This document shows, one piece after another, positions 26,745-34,629 of a DNA stretch of 37,271 nucleotides. Position 1 is the stretch's first letter. The number at the start of each line of letters is the position of its first letter. The DNA comes from a bacterium (lineage in GTDB: Bacteria > RBG-13-61-14 > DATKZS01): positions 1-37,271 of the forward strand of contig JAWOBU010000073.1 of the NCBI GenBank assembly GCA_046484135.1, written 5' to 3'. The position numbers were made by a program, and so were the translations under genes. The notes under the pieces were generated by a model. That model was not told where the DNA came from. It ran no database searches and saw only the letters and a list, made by a program, of their open reading frames with translations.

Positions 26745-28151
26745 ATGGCGGAACAAGAACAATCGAAAAACGAGAACCAGGCCCCCGTGCCTGCGAAACC
26801 GGCCCTTTCCGAGCGTAAGTTCATATACCACATCGAGGAGGAGCCCACCGGAGACCGGGTCAGCAAGTTCCTAAAAGCATTTGCCGCGGCCCTCGAGTAC
26901 ACCAACTACAAGGGAGCCCTGGAAGTCTACTCAAGGAGCACTGCCAAGTGCGCCCGCTGCTCCGCGGGATGCCCCATCTATGAAGTAACCGGCAACGACA
27001 CGGACATCCCGTGTTACCGGACCAACATTCTGCTTAACGTGTATCGGCGCTATTTCCAGCCCCTGGGCGGCATCCGGATGCGGGGCTGGCACTTGACGGA
27101 GCGGCACATAGACGAGCTCAAAGAGTCGCTCTGGCGTTGCACCGCCTGCCGGCGCTGCATGATGGAGTGCCCCATGGGCATTGACCACGGCTTCATGGCC
27201 CACTTCGGCCGGTACCTTCTCTCCGAGGTCGGCATCATGCCCCGGGCCTTACGCATCAGCACCCGCGAGCAGTTGGAAGGCGCGACCCACAACACCTCTG
27301 CCATCCCGGTGCCCGCCCTTACCGATACCCTCGAGTTCCTGGAAGAGGAGCTTTTAGAGATCACCGGCCAGGAGATCAAGTTCCCGATGGACGTGGAAGG
27401 TGCGGAGTACCTTTTCGTTCCCGCGGTGAGCGACTTCATGATGGAGGCCGACACCTTGATGGGCAATGCCGCGGTCATGCACGCCTGCGGGTACGGCCGC
27501 CGCTACACCATCGGCACCAAGGACTACGACGGCATCAACTACGGCCTTTTCTACAGCGACTGGGCGTGGGACAAGATCATCTATCAGCTCGTGCAGGAAG
27601 CGGAAAGGCTGAAGTGTCCGAACATCATGATCGGCGAGTGCGGGCACGCTTCCCGGGCGGCCAAGTACGGTGTGCCCGTGTGGGGCAGGGAGCTCCGGCG
27701 GCCGGTGATAAACTGCATGGAGTTTACATTGCGGATGTACCAGGAAGGAAAGCTGCCGCTTGTCCCCGGCGCCATTAAAGATCGGACCACCTATCACGAC
27801 CCCTGCAACATCTCCAGGGTGGGCTGGATCGTGGAGCAGCCCCGCGAGCTTCTGAAGGCCATATCCTCGGACTTCGTGGAAATGACCCCCAACCGCCGGC
27901 TAAACTACTGCTGCGGCGGAGGCGGTGGGTCCGTGTCCTGCGACGAGACCTACGAGTTCCGGATGGAAGTGGGAGGCAGAAGAAAGGCGGAGCAGCTAAA
28001 GGAGACCGGCGCCAAGTACGTGGTCGCACCCTGCGCCAACTGCAAGAAGCAGCTCCGGGAGCTGATAGACTACCACAAGCTGGACATGGAGCTGGTCGGC
28101 CTGCACGACCTTCTGCTTCATTCCATTGACTGGGACAAAGTCAAGTACTAA
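26745..28151 (+). CDS. HmcF/TmcB/DsrK-like (HdrD-related) Fe-S protein with CCG domain
   Basis: Ferredoxin motifs TAKCARCSAGCP and CTACRRCMMECP; ECGH, HDPC, CCGGGG and APCANC; GGAGGAG RBS. Confidence 0.88.
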   Translation: MAEQEQSKNENQAPVPAKPALSERKFIYHIEEEPTGDRVSKFLKAFAAALEYTNYKGALEVYSRSTAKCARCSAGCPIYEVTGNDTDIPCYRTNILLNVYRRYFQPLGGIRMRGWHLTERHIDELKESLWRCTACRRCMMECPMGIDHGFMAHFGRYLLSEVGIMPRALRISTREQLEGATHNTSAIPVPALTDTLEFLEEELLEITGQEIKFPMDVEGAEYLFVPAVSDFMMEADTLMGNAAVMHACGYGRRYTIGTKDYDGINYGLFYSDWAWDKIIYQLVQEAERLKCPNIMIGECGHASRAAKYGVPVWGRELRRPVINCMEFTLRMYQEGKLPLVPGAIKDRTTYHDPCNISRVGWIVEQPRELLKAISSDFVEMTPNRRLNYCCGGGGGSVSCDETYEFRMEVGGRRKAEQLKETGAKYVVAPCANCKKQLRELIDYHKLDMELVGLHDLLLHSIDWDKVKY

Positions 28152-28174
28152 AAAAGCACTAAGAGGTGATGATA

Positions 28175-28879
28175 ATGAGTACGTTTCTCGAGTTCGCCCG
28201 CGGGCCCCTGTTTACCGCCACCTTCCTGTTCATGGTCCTGGCCCTGCTCCGGCTGGTGGCCCTCCAGGTCGTGGAAATGGTAAAGGCAAGAAACAGGAGC
28301 CGCGATTTCCGGATGCCCTGGAAAAGGATGTTCCAGGACTTTGCCGGATGGATAGTGCCCTCCCAGAATATGGTAAGACAAAAGCCCCTGTTCTCCATCA
28401 TGAGCATATTGTTCCATATCGGACTCATCCTGGTGCCCATCTTTTACGTTGCCCATATCGCGTTGTGGGAAAGCGGGCTCGGCATCCACTGGGCAGGCTT
28501 CGGAAAAGGCTGGGCAGACCTGTTTACGATCATTACTATAATCGGGGGGCTGTACCTGCTCCTGGCGCGGATATTCCACCAGCCCACCAGGTTCATGAGC
28601 ACACCCATGGACTACTTCCTGCTCGTGCTCCTGCTCACTCCCTTTATAAGCGGCTTCATGATGGTCCATCCCGCGCTTCTGCCGGCCGGGTACAACACCG
28701 TGTTCCTCGTGCACGTGCTCTCGAGCGAGCTCATCTTTGTGCTCCTGCCCTTTACCAAGATGGCCCATGTCGTGCTCTATCCGTTCGACCGCATGGCATC
28801 GGACTACTACTGGAACCTGGCCACTGACGGTCCGGCCAAGGTTGCCGAAGCGGTCCGGGGCGAAAACCTGAAAGTCTGA
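28175..28879 (+). CDS. NarI-like membrane cytochrome b subunit (HmcE/TmcC/DsrM-like)
   Basis: About five TM helices; FARGPLF, LFHIG, AHI, VHVLS and PFTKMAH heme-b His pattern; start taken at ATG 28175 after GAGGTG. Confidence 0.85.
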   Translation: MSTFLEFARGPLFTATFLFMVLALLRLVALQVVEMVKARNRSRDFRMPWKRMFQDFAGWIVPSQNMVRQKPLFSIMSILFHIGLILVPIFYVAHIALWESGLGIHWAGFGKGWADLFTIITIIGGLYLLLARIFHQPTRFMSTPMDYFLLVLLLTPFISGFMMVHPALLPAGYNTVFLVHVLSSELIFVLLPFTKMAHVVLYPFDRMASDYYWNLATDGPAKVAEAVRGENLKV

Positions 28880-28899
28880 AGTAGAAGCAGGGAAGTATC

Positions 28900-29772
28900 A
28901 TGATAAGAGGTTTAAGATTCTTGAAAGACGTGTTGTGGGTCCTGGTATGGATGGCGCTGGCGCTACTTGTCTACCGCCTGGCCGCGGACCCGGCCGAACC
29001 CGGCGCCCTGGACGGCCTTCTGTTCCTGGGAGTGATAGCCGCGGTAGGCATAGCCGTAATATCCGCATCCAAAGCGGAATCAAACCTTAAGGACCCCAAC
29101 CAGGCGGCTTTGTTCGAAAGCGAATCCGGCATGTGGATGGGAACCTTCCGGGACTCCCCCTCGCGAGTATCCTTTACCGCCATACTGGGTGTTCCACTCG
29201 CCGGGCTCATCATCCACGCCGGCGCCTTCGCAGCGCCCGCTGAGACAATGGCGGTGAAACCGCCCCGAGCAAAGGACGACCTCCGGCACGTGCTCGTCTT
29301 AAACGGCGACCGGGACGCGGACGCGGTCGAGTTCAACCATGACATGCACCAGGAGCTTTTAGGCAGAGAGGACAGTTGCGTAAAATGCCATCACATCCAT
29401 AAGCCCGCGGACCCGAACAGCGACTGCTCAGGATGCCATAAAAGCATGGTGAAAAAGACCTCCATCTTCTCCCATAACCTCCACCAGCAAAAACTGGGAG
29501 GAAACGGCTCCTGCAAAGAATGCCACGACCCGGCAAAAGCCAAAACCCCGCAGACCGCAAAAGCATGCGCCAAGTGCCACGCGGATAATATGAAGATCGA
29601 GACCCCTGAAGAGGGCCCTTTCAACTACATGGCCCCATCCTACCCCAACGCCCTGCACGGCTTCTGCCTTAGCTGCCACCGGCAGAAAGAGCGGCAGGAA
29701 GGGATGAGAGGGCTCTCAGGTTGCGGCACCTGCCACAAGAACGCAGAGTTTGAAAAGAAGCTCCTGCCCTGA
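28900..29772 (+). CDS. Membrane-anchored class III (c3-type) multiheme cytochrome c with six CxxCH motifs
   Basis: CVKCH, CSGCH, CKECH, CAKCH, CLSCH and CGTCH; FNHDMH and FSHNLH distal-His motifs; three N-terminal hydrophobic segments. Confidence 0.9.
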   Translation: MIRGLRFLKDVLWVLVWMALALLVYRLAADPAEPGALDGLLFLGVIAAVGIAVISASKAESNLKDPNQAALFESESGMWMGTFRDSPSRVSFTAILGVPLAGLIIHAGAFAAPAETMAVKPPRAKDDLRHVLVLNGDRDADAVEFNHDMHQELLGREDSCVKCHHIHKPADPNSDCSGCHKSMVKKTSIFSHNLHQQKLGGNGSCKECHDPAKAKTPQTAKACAKCHADNMKIETPEEGPFNYMAPSYPNALHGFCLSCHRQKERQEGMRGLSGCGTCHKNAEFEKKLLP

Positions 29773-29796
29773 ACGCTCTTAAGCTTCAGCTTTACG

Positions 29797-29833
29797 AGCC
29801 CGGCCGGTGAAGTTTTTGTCGGCCGGGCTTTTT
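29797..29833 (+). terminator. Rho-independent terminator
   Basis: AGCCCGGCCG...CGGCCGGGCT stem followed by a T tract, right after the cytochrome gene. Confidence 0.75.
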
Positions 29834-29964
29834 GTGTTTTTGGAGCCTCTTACAAAAAGGCCGGAGAAAAGGCGGGAGAGACTTCCCACCAGAAGAAACA
29901 GGAATTTCCCAAAAGGCTATTGCTCTGTCAAGCGTTTTTCATCGTTTACAATTTTTTAACGCAC

Positions 29965-30002
29965 GTGCGAGCGACGGAAGTCGCGGTATCAGTCGCTCGC
30001 AC
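29965..30002. repeat. REP-like palindrome (GTGC-headed class)
   Basis: GTGCGAGCGACGGAAGTCGCG followed by GTCGCTCGCAC, a perfect 11-bp inverted arm. Confidence 0.7.
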
Positions 30003-30057
30003 ATTATGCGTCGGTTTAAGCTGGACAAGGCACTATGGTGTTTTTTTGGTTTGACGC

Positions 30058-30089
30058 TTGACAGGCGGCCATTGTTAGGATATCCTAAC
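30058..30089 (+). promoter_or_regulatory. Sigma70 promoter overlapped by a DtxR/MntR-type operator palindrome
   Basis: TTGACA (30058)-17 nt-TATCCT (30081); perfect 16-bp palindrome GTTAGGATATCCTAAC at 30074-30089. Confidence 0.7.
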
Positions 30090-30137
30090 TTAGCAAGACG
30101 AAGACGTGGCGTAAATGAAAAAACGGAGGTGTAAAAA

Positions 30138-30404
30138 ATGCCTGGATTCGACAGAACAGGACCGAGAGGACAAGGGCCCCGCACCGGCTGGGGAAGAGGA
30201 TACTGCGGGAACGCCTACGGGCAGACTGCAGGTTACAGGCCTGACACCGATATGCCGGCCGCAGGCTATGGAGGTGCCGGTTCCGGACCGGGCCAAGGTT
30301 TCGGCCGGGGCCGCGGCTTTGGCGCAGGTCGCGGTTTCGGCCGGCGGGCTGGGGGCAGAGGCCGTGGACGCGGCAGGGGCGGCGGATTTGGCCGCGGCTG
30401 GTAA
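30138..30404 (+). CDS. DUF5320-family Gly/Arg-rich protein (short form)
   Basis: MPGFDRTGPRGQGPRTGWGRGYC N-terminus, GRG repeats, GGAGGT RBS. Confidence 0.85.
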   Translation: MPGFDRTGPRGQGPRTGWGRGYCGNAYGQTAGYRPDTDMPAAGYGGAGSGPGQGFGRGRGFGAGRGFGRRAGGRGRGRGRGGGFGRGW

Positions 30405-30495
30405 AGCTGAATTTTTGCCGTGAAAGTAATGTAGCAGGTGGGAAGGTAAATTATGTTGATAAAAACAATAAGTCTAATAAAAGGAGGGAATGAAG

Positions 30496-30870
30496 ATGCC
30501 TGGATTTGATGGTACAGGACCGTGGGGAGAAGGACCGATGACTGGTCGCGCTCTTGGTATATGCGCCGGCGGGCCGTATCCGGCCGCTTTCGGTCCGGGG
30601 CCGGGCTTCGGCAGAGGTCGCGGTCTCGGCCGTGGCCGAGGTCGCGGCTGGGGCCGTGGTCCTGGCTGGGGTCGCGGATTCGGCTTCCGGGGCGGTTTTG
30701 GCCCCTGGGGGTACGGGCCGGCCCCTTACTATGGCGGCGCTCCTTATGGCTACGGGGTTTCGCGTTCCGAGGAGAAGGCCATGCTGGAGCAAGAGCTCGG
30801 CTTCATAAAAGAGAGGATGGAAGAGATCAATCAGCGCATAACCGAGCTCGAGTCAGAGTCGCAGGAGTAG
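30496..30870 (+). CDS. DUF5320-family Gly/Arg-rich protein with C-terminal coiled coil
   Basis: MPGFDGTGPWGEGPMTGRALGIC, GRG/GWG/GFG repeats, EEKAMLEQEL...ITELE tail; AAGGAGG spacing favours ATG 30496. Confidence 0.88.
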   Translation: MPGFDGTGPWGEGPMTGRALGICAGGPYPAAFGPGPGFGRGRGLGRGRGRGWGRGPGWGRGFGFRGGFGPWGYGPAPYYGGAPYGYGVSRSEEKAMLEQELGFIKERMEEINQRITELESESQE

Positions 30871-30923
30871 TTTTTATAGGAACGTCATAAGGTGTCCTGT
30901 CAAGATTTGAAATGAGAGTTTGT

Positions 30924-30961
30924 GTGCGAGCGACTTTAGTCGCGACTGGAGCCGCTCGCAC
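30924..30961. repeat. Two inverted REP-like units sharing a central TCGCGA
   Basis: GTGCGAGCGACTTTAGTCGCGA (30924-30945) overlaps TCGCGACTGGAGCCGCTCGCAC (30940-30961). Confidence 0.75.
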
Positions 30962-31125
30962 AAAGAAACATTTATATTGCAAGCAATGAAAAACGCTCGA
31001 CAGAACACCGGGACCAGGCAAATGATGTAAGCGTGTCCAAGCTTGACTGCCTCCCTTGCAGTGCTTACTTATTAACAGGTCATGCTCTTTGCTCCCGAAC
31101 GAAAGAAGTAGAAGGGGGAACCTTG

Positions 31126-31485
31126 ATGAAAGTATGCGTATCCAGCCAGGGCCCGGACCTGGAAAGCGAAGTGGACCAGCGATTCGGGCGGGCGCCCAGG
31201 TTCATTCTCTATGACACAGAAACCGGCGATTACGAAGCTATAGACAACAAGCAGAACCTGCAGGCCCAGCAGGGCGCCGGCATTCAGTCTGCCCAGCATG
31301 TGGTAGACACAGGCGCCGAGGCCTTGATCACCGGCCACTGCGGACCCAAAGCCTTCCGGGTGCTGTCATCAGCAGGAATCAGCGTCTACACCGGCGCAGG
31401 CGGCACGGTTTCCGAAGCCATCCGGGCCATGCAGGCGGGCAAGCTGGAAAAAGCCGCGGGCCCGGACGTGGAAGGACACTGGTGA
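31126..31485 (+). CDS. NifB/NifX-family (MTH1175/Orange protein-like) metal cofactor-binding protein
   Basis: MKVCVSS, DQRFGRA, QGAGIQSAQ, TGHCGPKAF and C-terminal GHW; start reassigned to ATG 31126. Confidence 0.9.
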   Translation: MKVCVSSQGPDLESEVDQRFGRAPRFILYDTETGDYEAIDNKQNLQAQQGAGIQSAQHVVDTGAEALITGHCGPKAFRVLSSAGISVYTGAGGTVSEAIRAMQAGKLEKAAGPDVEGHW

Positions 31486-32324
31486 TGCGAATAGCGATAG
31501 CTTCCGGCAAAGGCGGCACCGGCAAGACCACGGTGGCGGTGGCGCTCGCGCGCCTGATCGGCGAGTGCGCGTTCGTGGATTGCGATGTCGAGGCCCCTAA
31601 CGCCCATCTCTTTCTTCAGCCGGAGATTACCGGCTCGGAGAAAGAAGAGGTCATGCTCCCGGTGGTGGATGAGTCCAAGTGCACCGGCTGCGGCGAATGT
31701 TCCCGCGTCTGCCAGTTTAACGCCATCGCCGCTATCGGGACCAGCGTGATAGTGTTTCCCGAGCTCTGCCACGGCTGCCGGGCCTGCGTGCTGATATGCG
31801 AACCCAAGGCCATTAGCGACGGGACCCGCGAGATCGGCGTGGTCGAGTGGGGGTATGCCGACGACATACTTTTTTATCACGCCCGGCTCCGGGTGTCTGA
31901 GCCCATGTCTCCTCCATTGATCAGCGCCTTGAAAAAAAGAGCGGGCAACCCGCGCGAGTTCACCATCCTCGACTGCCCGCCCGGGACCACCTGTCCCATG
32001 ATCGAGGCTGTGCGGGGGGCGGACTACTGCGTGCTGGTTACCGAGCCGACCCCCTTCGGCATCCACGACCTGGAGATGGCCGCGGGAGCGGCCCGGGAGC
32101 TGTCCATACCCGCGGGGGTAGTCATAAACCGGGTGGGGATAGGAGACGAGGCCATCGAGAGCTTCTGCCGCGACCACGGTCTGCCCGTGCTGGCCCGCAT
32201 ACCGCATACCCGCGAGATAGCCGAGGGGTACGCTCGCGGAAAAAGCATACTTACGAGCGCGCCCGAGATCGAGTCATCGCTCCTGGAAGCCCTGGAGGCG
32301 ATAAAGAGGAAGGCGGCGGCATGA
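31485..32324 (+). CDS. MinD-superfamily P-loop ATPase with inserted 2x[4Fe-4S] ferredoxin (COG1149)
   Basis: SGKGGTGKTT, DCDVEAPN, CTGCGECSRVC, CHGCRACVLIC, DCPPG and TEPTPFG; TGATG coupling to the upstream gene. Confidence 0.92.
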   Translation: MRIAIASGKGGTGKTTVAVALARLIGECAFVDCDVEAPNAHLFLQPEITGSEKEEVMLPVVDESKCTGCGECSRVCQFNAIAAIGTSVIVFPELCHGCRACVLICEPKAISDGTREIGVVEWGYADDILFYHARLRVSEPMSPPLISALKKRAGNPREFTILDCPPGTTCPMIEAVRGADYCVLVTEPTPFGIHDLEMAAGAARELSIPAGVVINRVGIGDEAIESFCRDHGLPVLARIPHTREIAEGYARGKSILTSAPEIESSLLEALEAIKRKAAA

Positions 32325-33211
32325 ACGGGAACAAGGTCAAAACCATAACCGTGGTAAGCGGCAAAGGGGGAACAGGCAAGACATCTTTAGCGGCCAGCTT
32401 TGCGGTCCTGGCCAAGCCGGTGGTCATGGCTGACTGCGATGTGGACGCGGCCAACCTGCACCTGTTGTTGAGCCCGGAGATCAAGGAACGCCATGACTTT
32501 TACGCCATGCCCGTGGCAAGGATCGTACAGGAAGATTGCAGCCGGTGCGGCACCTGCTATGACCTGTGTGAGTTCGAGGCCATAAAGAAAAGCGATGACG
32601 ATCCGCCGGTCTACGAGATAGACCCGCTGGTGTGCGAGGCCTGCCTGGTCTGCAAGGAGTTCTGCCCGGAAGGGGCCATTGTGGCGGACGACCGGAAAGC
32701 GGGCGAGTGGTACGAGTCAGAGACCAGGTTCGGGCCCATGGTCCACGCAAGCCTCGGGATCGCCCAGGAGAACTCCGGCAAGCTGGTCTACCAGGTCAGG
32801 AAGGCGGCCGCTGAGACCGCGGCCCAAAACGGCCTGGACAAGGTCATCGTGGACGGTCCTCCCGGAATAGGCTGCGCAGTGATCGCGTCTATTACCGGCG
32901 CGGACATCGTGGTGGCGGTAACCGAGGCCACCCTGTCCGGTCTGTCCGACCTCTTCCGGGTGTACGACCTTGCCACCCATTTCCAGATACCCTTGCGGGT
33001 CATCGTCAACAAGTCGGACTTGAACCCCGAGGTCACCGAAAGGATAAAAGACTGGGGACGCGAGAACGACGTGAAGATCATGGGCGAGATTCCCTATGAC
33101 CCGGCCGTGTCCAAGGCCATGGTGTCCGGCAAGGCCATCGTGGAAGAGAAGGACTCGAAGCTGACCGACATCATAACGTCTATCTGGAAAAACCTGGACG
33201 ATCGCGACTGA
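32321..33211 (+). CDS. Second COG1149 P-loop ATPase with inserted ferredoxin
   Basis: SGKGGTGKTS, DCDVDAAN, CSRCGTCYDLC, CEACLVCKEFCP, ENSGKLV and DGPPGIGC; ATGA overlap. Confidence 0.92.
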   Translation: MNGNKVKTITVVSGKGGTGKTSLAASFAVLAKPVVMADCDVDAANLHLLLSPEIKERHDFYAMPVARIVQEDCSRCGTCYDLCEFEAIKKSDDDPPVYEIDPLVCEACLVCKEFCPEGAIVADDRKAGEWYESETRFGPMVHASLGIAQENSGKLVYQVRKAAAETAAQNGLDKVIVDGPPGIGCAVIASITGADIVVAVTEATLSGLSDLFRVYDLATHFQIPLRVIVNKSDLNPEVTERIKDWGRENDVKIMGEIPYDPAVSKAMVSGKAIVEEKDSKLTDIITSIWKNLDDRD

Positions 33212-33223
33212 AGTCGCTTGCAC
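33202..33223 (-). repeat. REP-like unit overlapping a stop codon
   Basis: Reverse complement GTGCAAGCGACTTCAGTCGCGA differs at two positions from the 30924 copy and includes the TGA at 33209-33211. Confidence 0.7.
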
Positions 33224-33382
33224 TTAAAGAATGAATTTTACGAGTGGGGAAATCCGCCTCCCGCCATGATGAACTTAACGAAGGAAAATCCGCACAGAAT
33301 GTTCGGACAAAAAGGGAAAAATATAGTAAAATAATCAGGAAGGGTTCTCTTTCCTGCAGTATTTTTCGAAAGGAGAAGTTAA

Positions 33383-34267
33383 GTGAGTGACGATAAGAGT
33401 TGTAAAAGTTGTCAGGACGATTCCTGTTCGGCGAAGCAGCAACAAGCGAACGAAACCGCGGAGGAGTTCGAGGACCGCCAGCGTCTTAACGAGAAGCTTT
33501 GCCGTATCAAGCACAAGTTCATAGTTCTTTCCGGCAAAGGGGGCGTGGGCAAGACCACGGTTGCCGCCAACCTGGGCCTGGCGCTGGCTGCGGAGGGCAA
33601 GAAGACCGGCATCCTGGACGTTGACATCCACGGCCCGAGCATTCCCCAGATTCTCGGTCTTTCCGGCCAGCCCATCGAGGTCATGGACAATCAACTGGTG
33701 CCGGTGCCGATCGGCAAGAACCTGAAGGTCATGTCCATCGGCTTCATGTTGAAAGGCTCGGACGACGCGGTGATCTGGCGGGGGCCTTTGAAGATGGGAG
33801 TCATCCGCCAGTTTCTGCGCGACGTCCAGTGGGACGACCTGGACTACCTGGTCATAGACTGCCCGCCGGGGACGGGCGACGAGCCGCTCTCCGTGATCCA
33901 GCTTATCGAGAAGCTGGACGGCGCCGTGGTGGTGACCACTCCCCAGTCGCTCTCGATAAACGACGTGCGGCGGTCCATCCAGTTCTGCCGGACCACCAAC
34001 GTGCCGGTTTTGGGGGTGGTGGAAAACATGAGCGGGTTCGTGTGTCCCCACTGCGGCAAGACCACGGACATCTTCAAGACCGGCGGGGGAGAAGAGATGG
34101 CCCGCGAGATGGAGGTCACCTTTCTGGGCAGGATACCGCTTGACCCGGCGGTGGCCGAAGCCTCGGACAACGGGGTCCCTTACATAAAGACTTTTACCGA
34201 GTCGGAGACGGCCAAGGCGTTTGCGGCCGCGCTCCAGCCCTTGAAAGAAGAAATAGAAGAAAAGTAG
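33383..34267 (+). CDS. mrp: Mrp/ApbC/NBP35 Fe-S cluster carrier ATPase
   Basis: SGKGGVGKTT, DVDIHGPS, VIWRGP, DCPPGTGD, VTTPQ, ENMS and CPHC; N-terminal CKSC...C; GTG start with AAGGAG. Confidence 0.93.
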   Translation: MSDDKSCKSCQDDSCSAKQQQANETAEEFEDRQRLNEKLCRIKHKFIVLSGKGGVGKTTVAANLGLALAAEGKKTGILDVDIHGPSIPQILGLSGQPIEVMDNQLVPVPIGKNLKVMSIGFMLKGSDDAVIWRGPLKMGVIRQFLRDVQWDDLDYLVIDCPPGTGDEPLSVIQLIEKLDGAVVVTTPQSLSINDVRRSIQFCRTTNVPVLGVVENMSGFVCPHCGKTTDIFKTGGGEEMAREMEVTFLGRIPLDPAVAEASDNGVPYIKTFTESETAKAFAAALQPLKEEIEEK

Positions 34268-34285
34268 CAGGAGGAAAGACAGAAA

Positions 34286-34621
34286 ATGAAGATCGCACTA
34301 CCGGTAGCCAACGGAGAACTATGCATGCATTTCGGACACTGCGAGGCTTTTGCCGTGGTGGAAGTTGACGATAAAGGAAACATCCTGAACACCGAGATGC
34401 TGACGCCTCCGCCCCATCAGCCCGGCGTGCTGCCGCCGTGGGTTGCGGACCAGGGAGTTAAGCTGGTGATAGCCGGCGGCATGGGCGGCCGGGCCATCAA
34501 CCTTTTCAACCAGGCGGGCGTCGAGGTCATTGTGGGCGCTCCCGCGGGCCCGCCCGAGAAGCTGGTCAGCGACTACCTGGCCGGGACCCTGCAAGCCGGC
34601 GATAACGTCTGCGACCACTGA
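34286..34621 (+). CDS. NifB/NifX-family protein
   Basis: MKIALP, CMHFGHC, PPPHQPGVLP, AGGMG and C-terminal CDH. Confidence 0.9.
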   Translation: MKIALPVANGELCMHFGHCEAFAVVEVDDKGNILNTEMLTPPPHQPGVLPPWVADQGVKLVIAGGMGGRAINLFNQAGVEVIVGAPAGPPEKLVSDYLAGTLQAGDNVCDH

Positions 34622-34629
34622 GACGCGCC

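Noticed and set aside
30115..30423. 102-aa alternative-frame ORF over the first DUF5320 gene
   Set aside because: The DUF5320 frame has the family signature, a proper RBS and a paralog next door.
31077..31093. Sigma54 -24/-12 promoter before the NifX-like gene
   Set aside because: GG and GC are 11 nt apart rather than the required 10, and the TGGCAC core is absent.
31126..34621. Nitrogen fixation cluster (NifX-like proteins and NifH-like P-loops)
   Set aside because: No nifHDK/ENB; the ATPases are COG1149 and Mrp types lacking NifH motifs.
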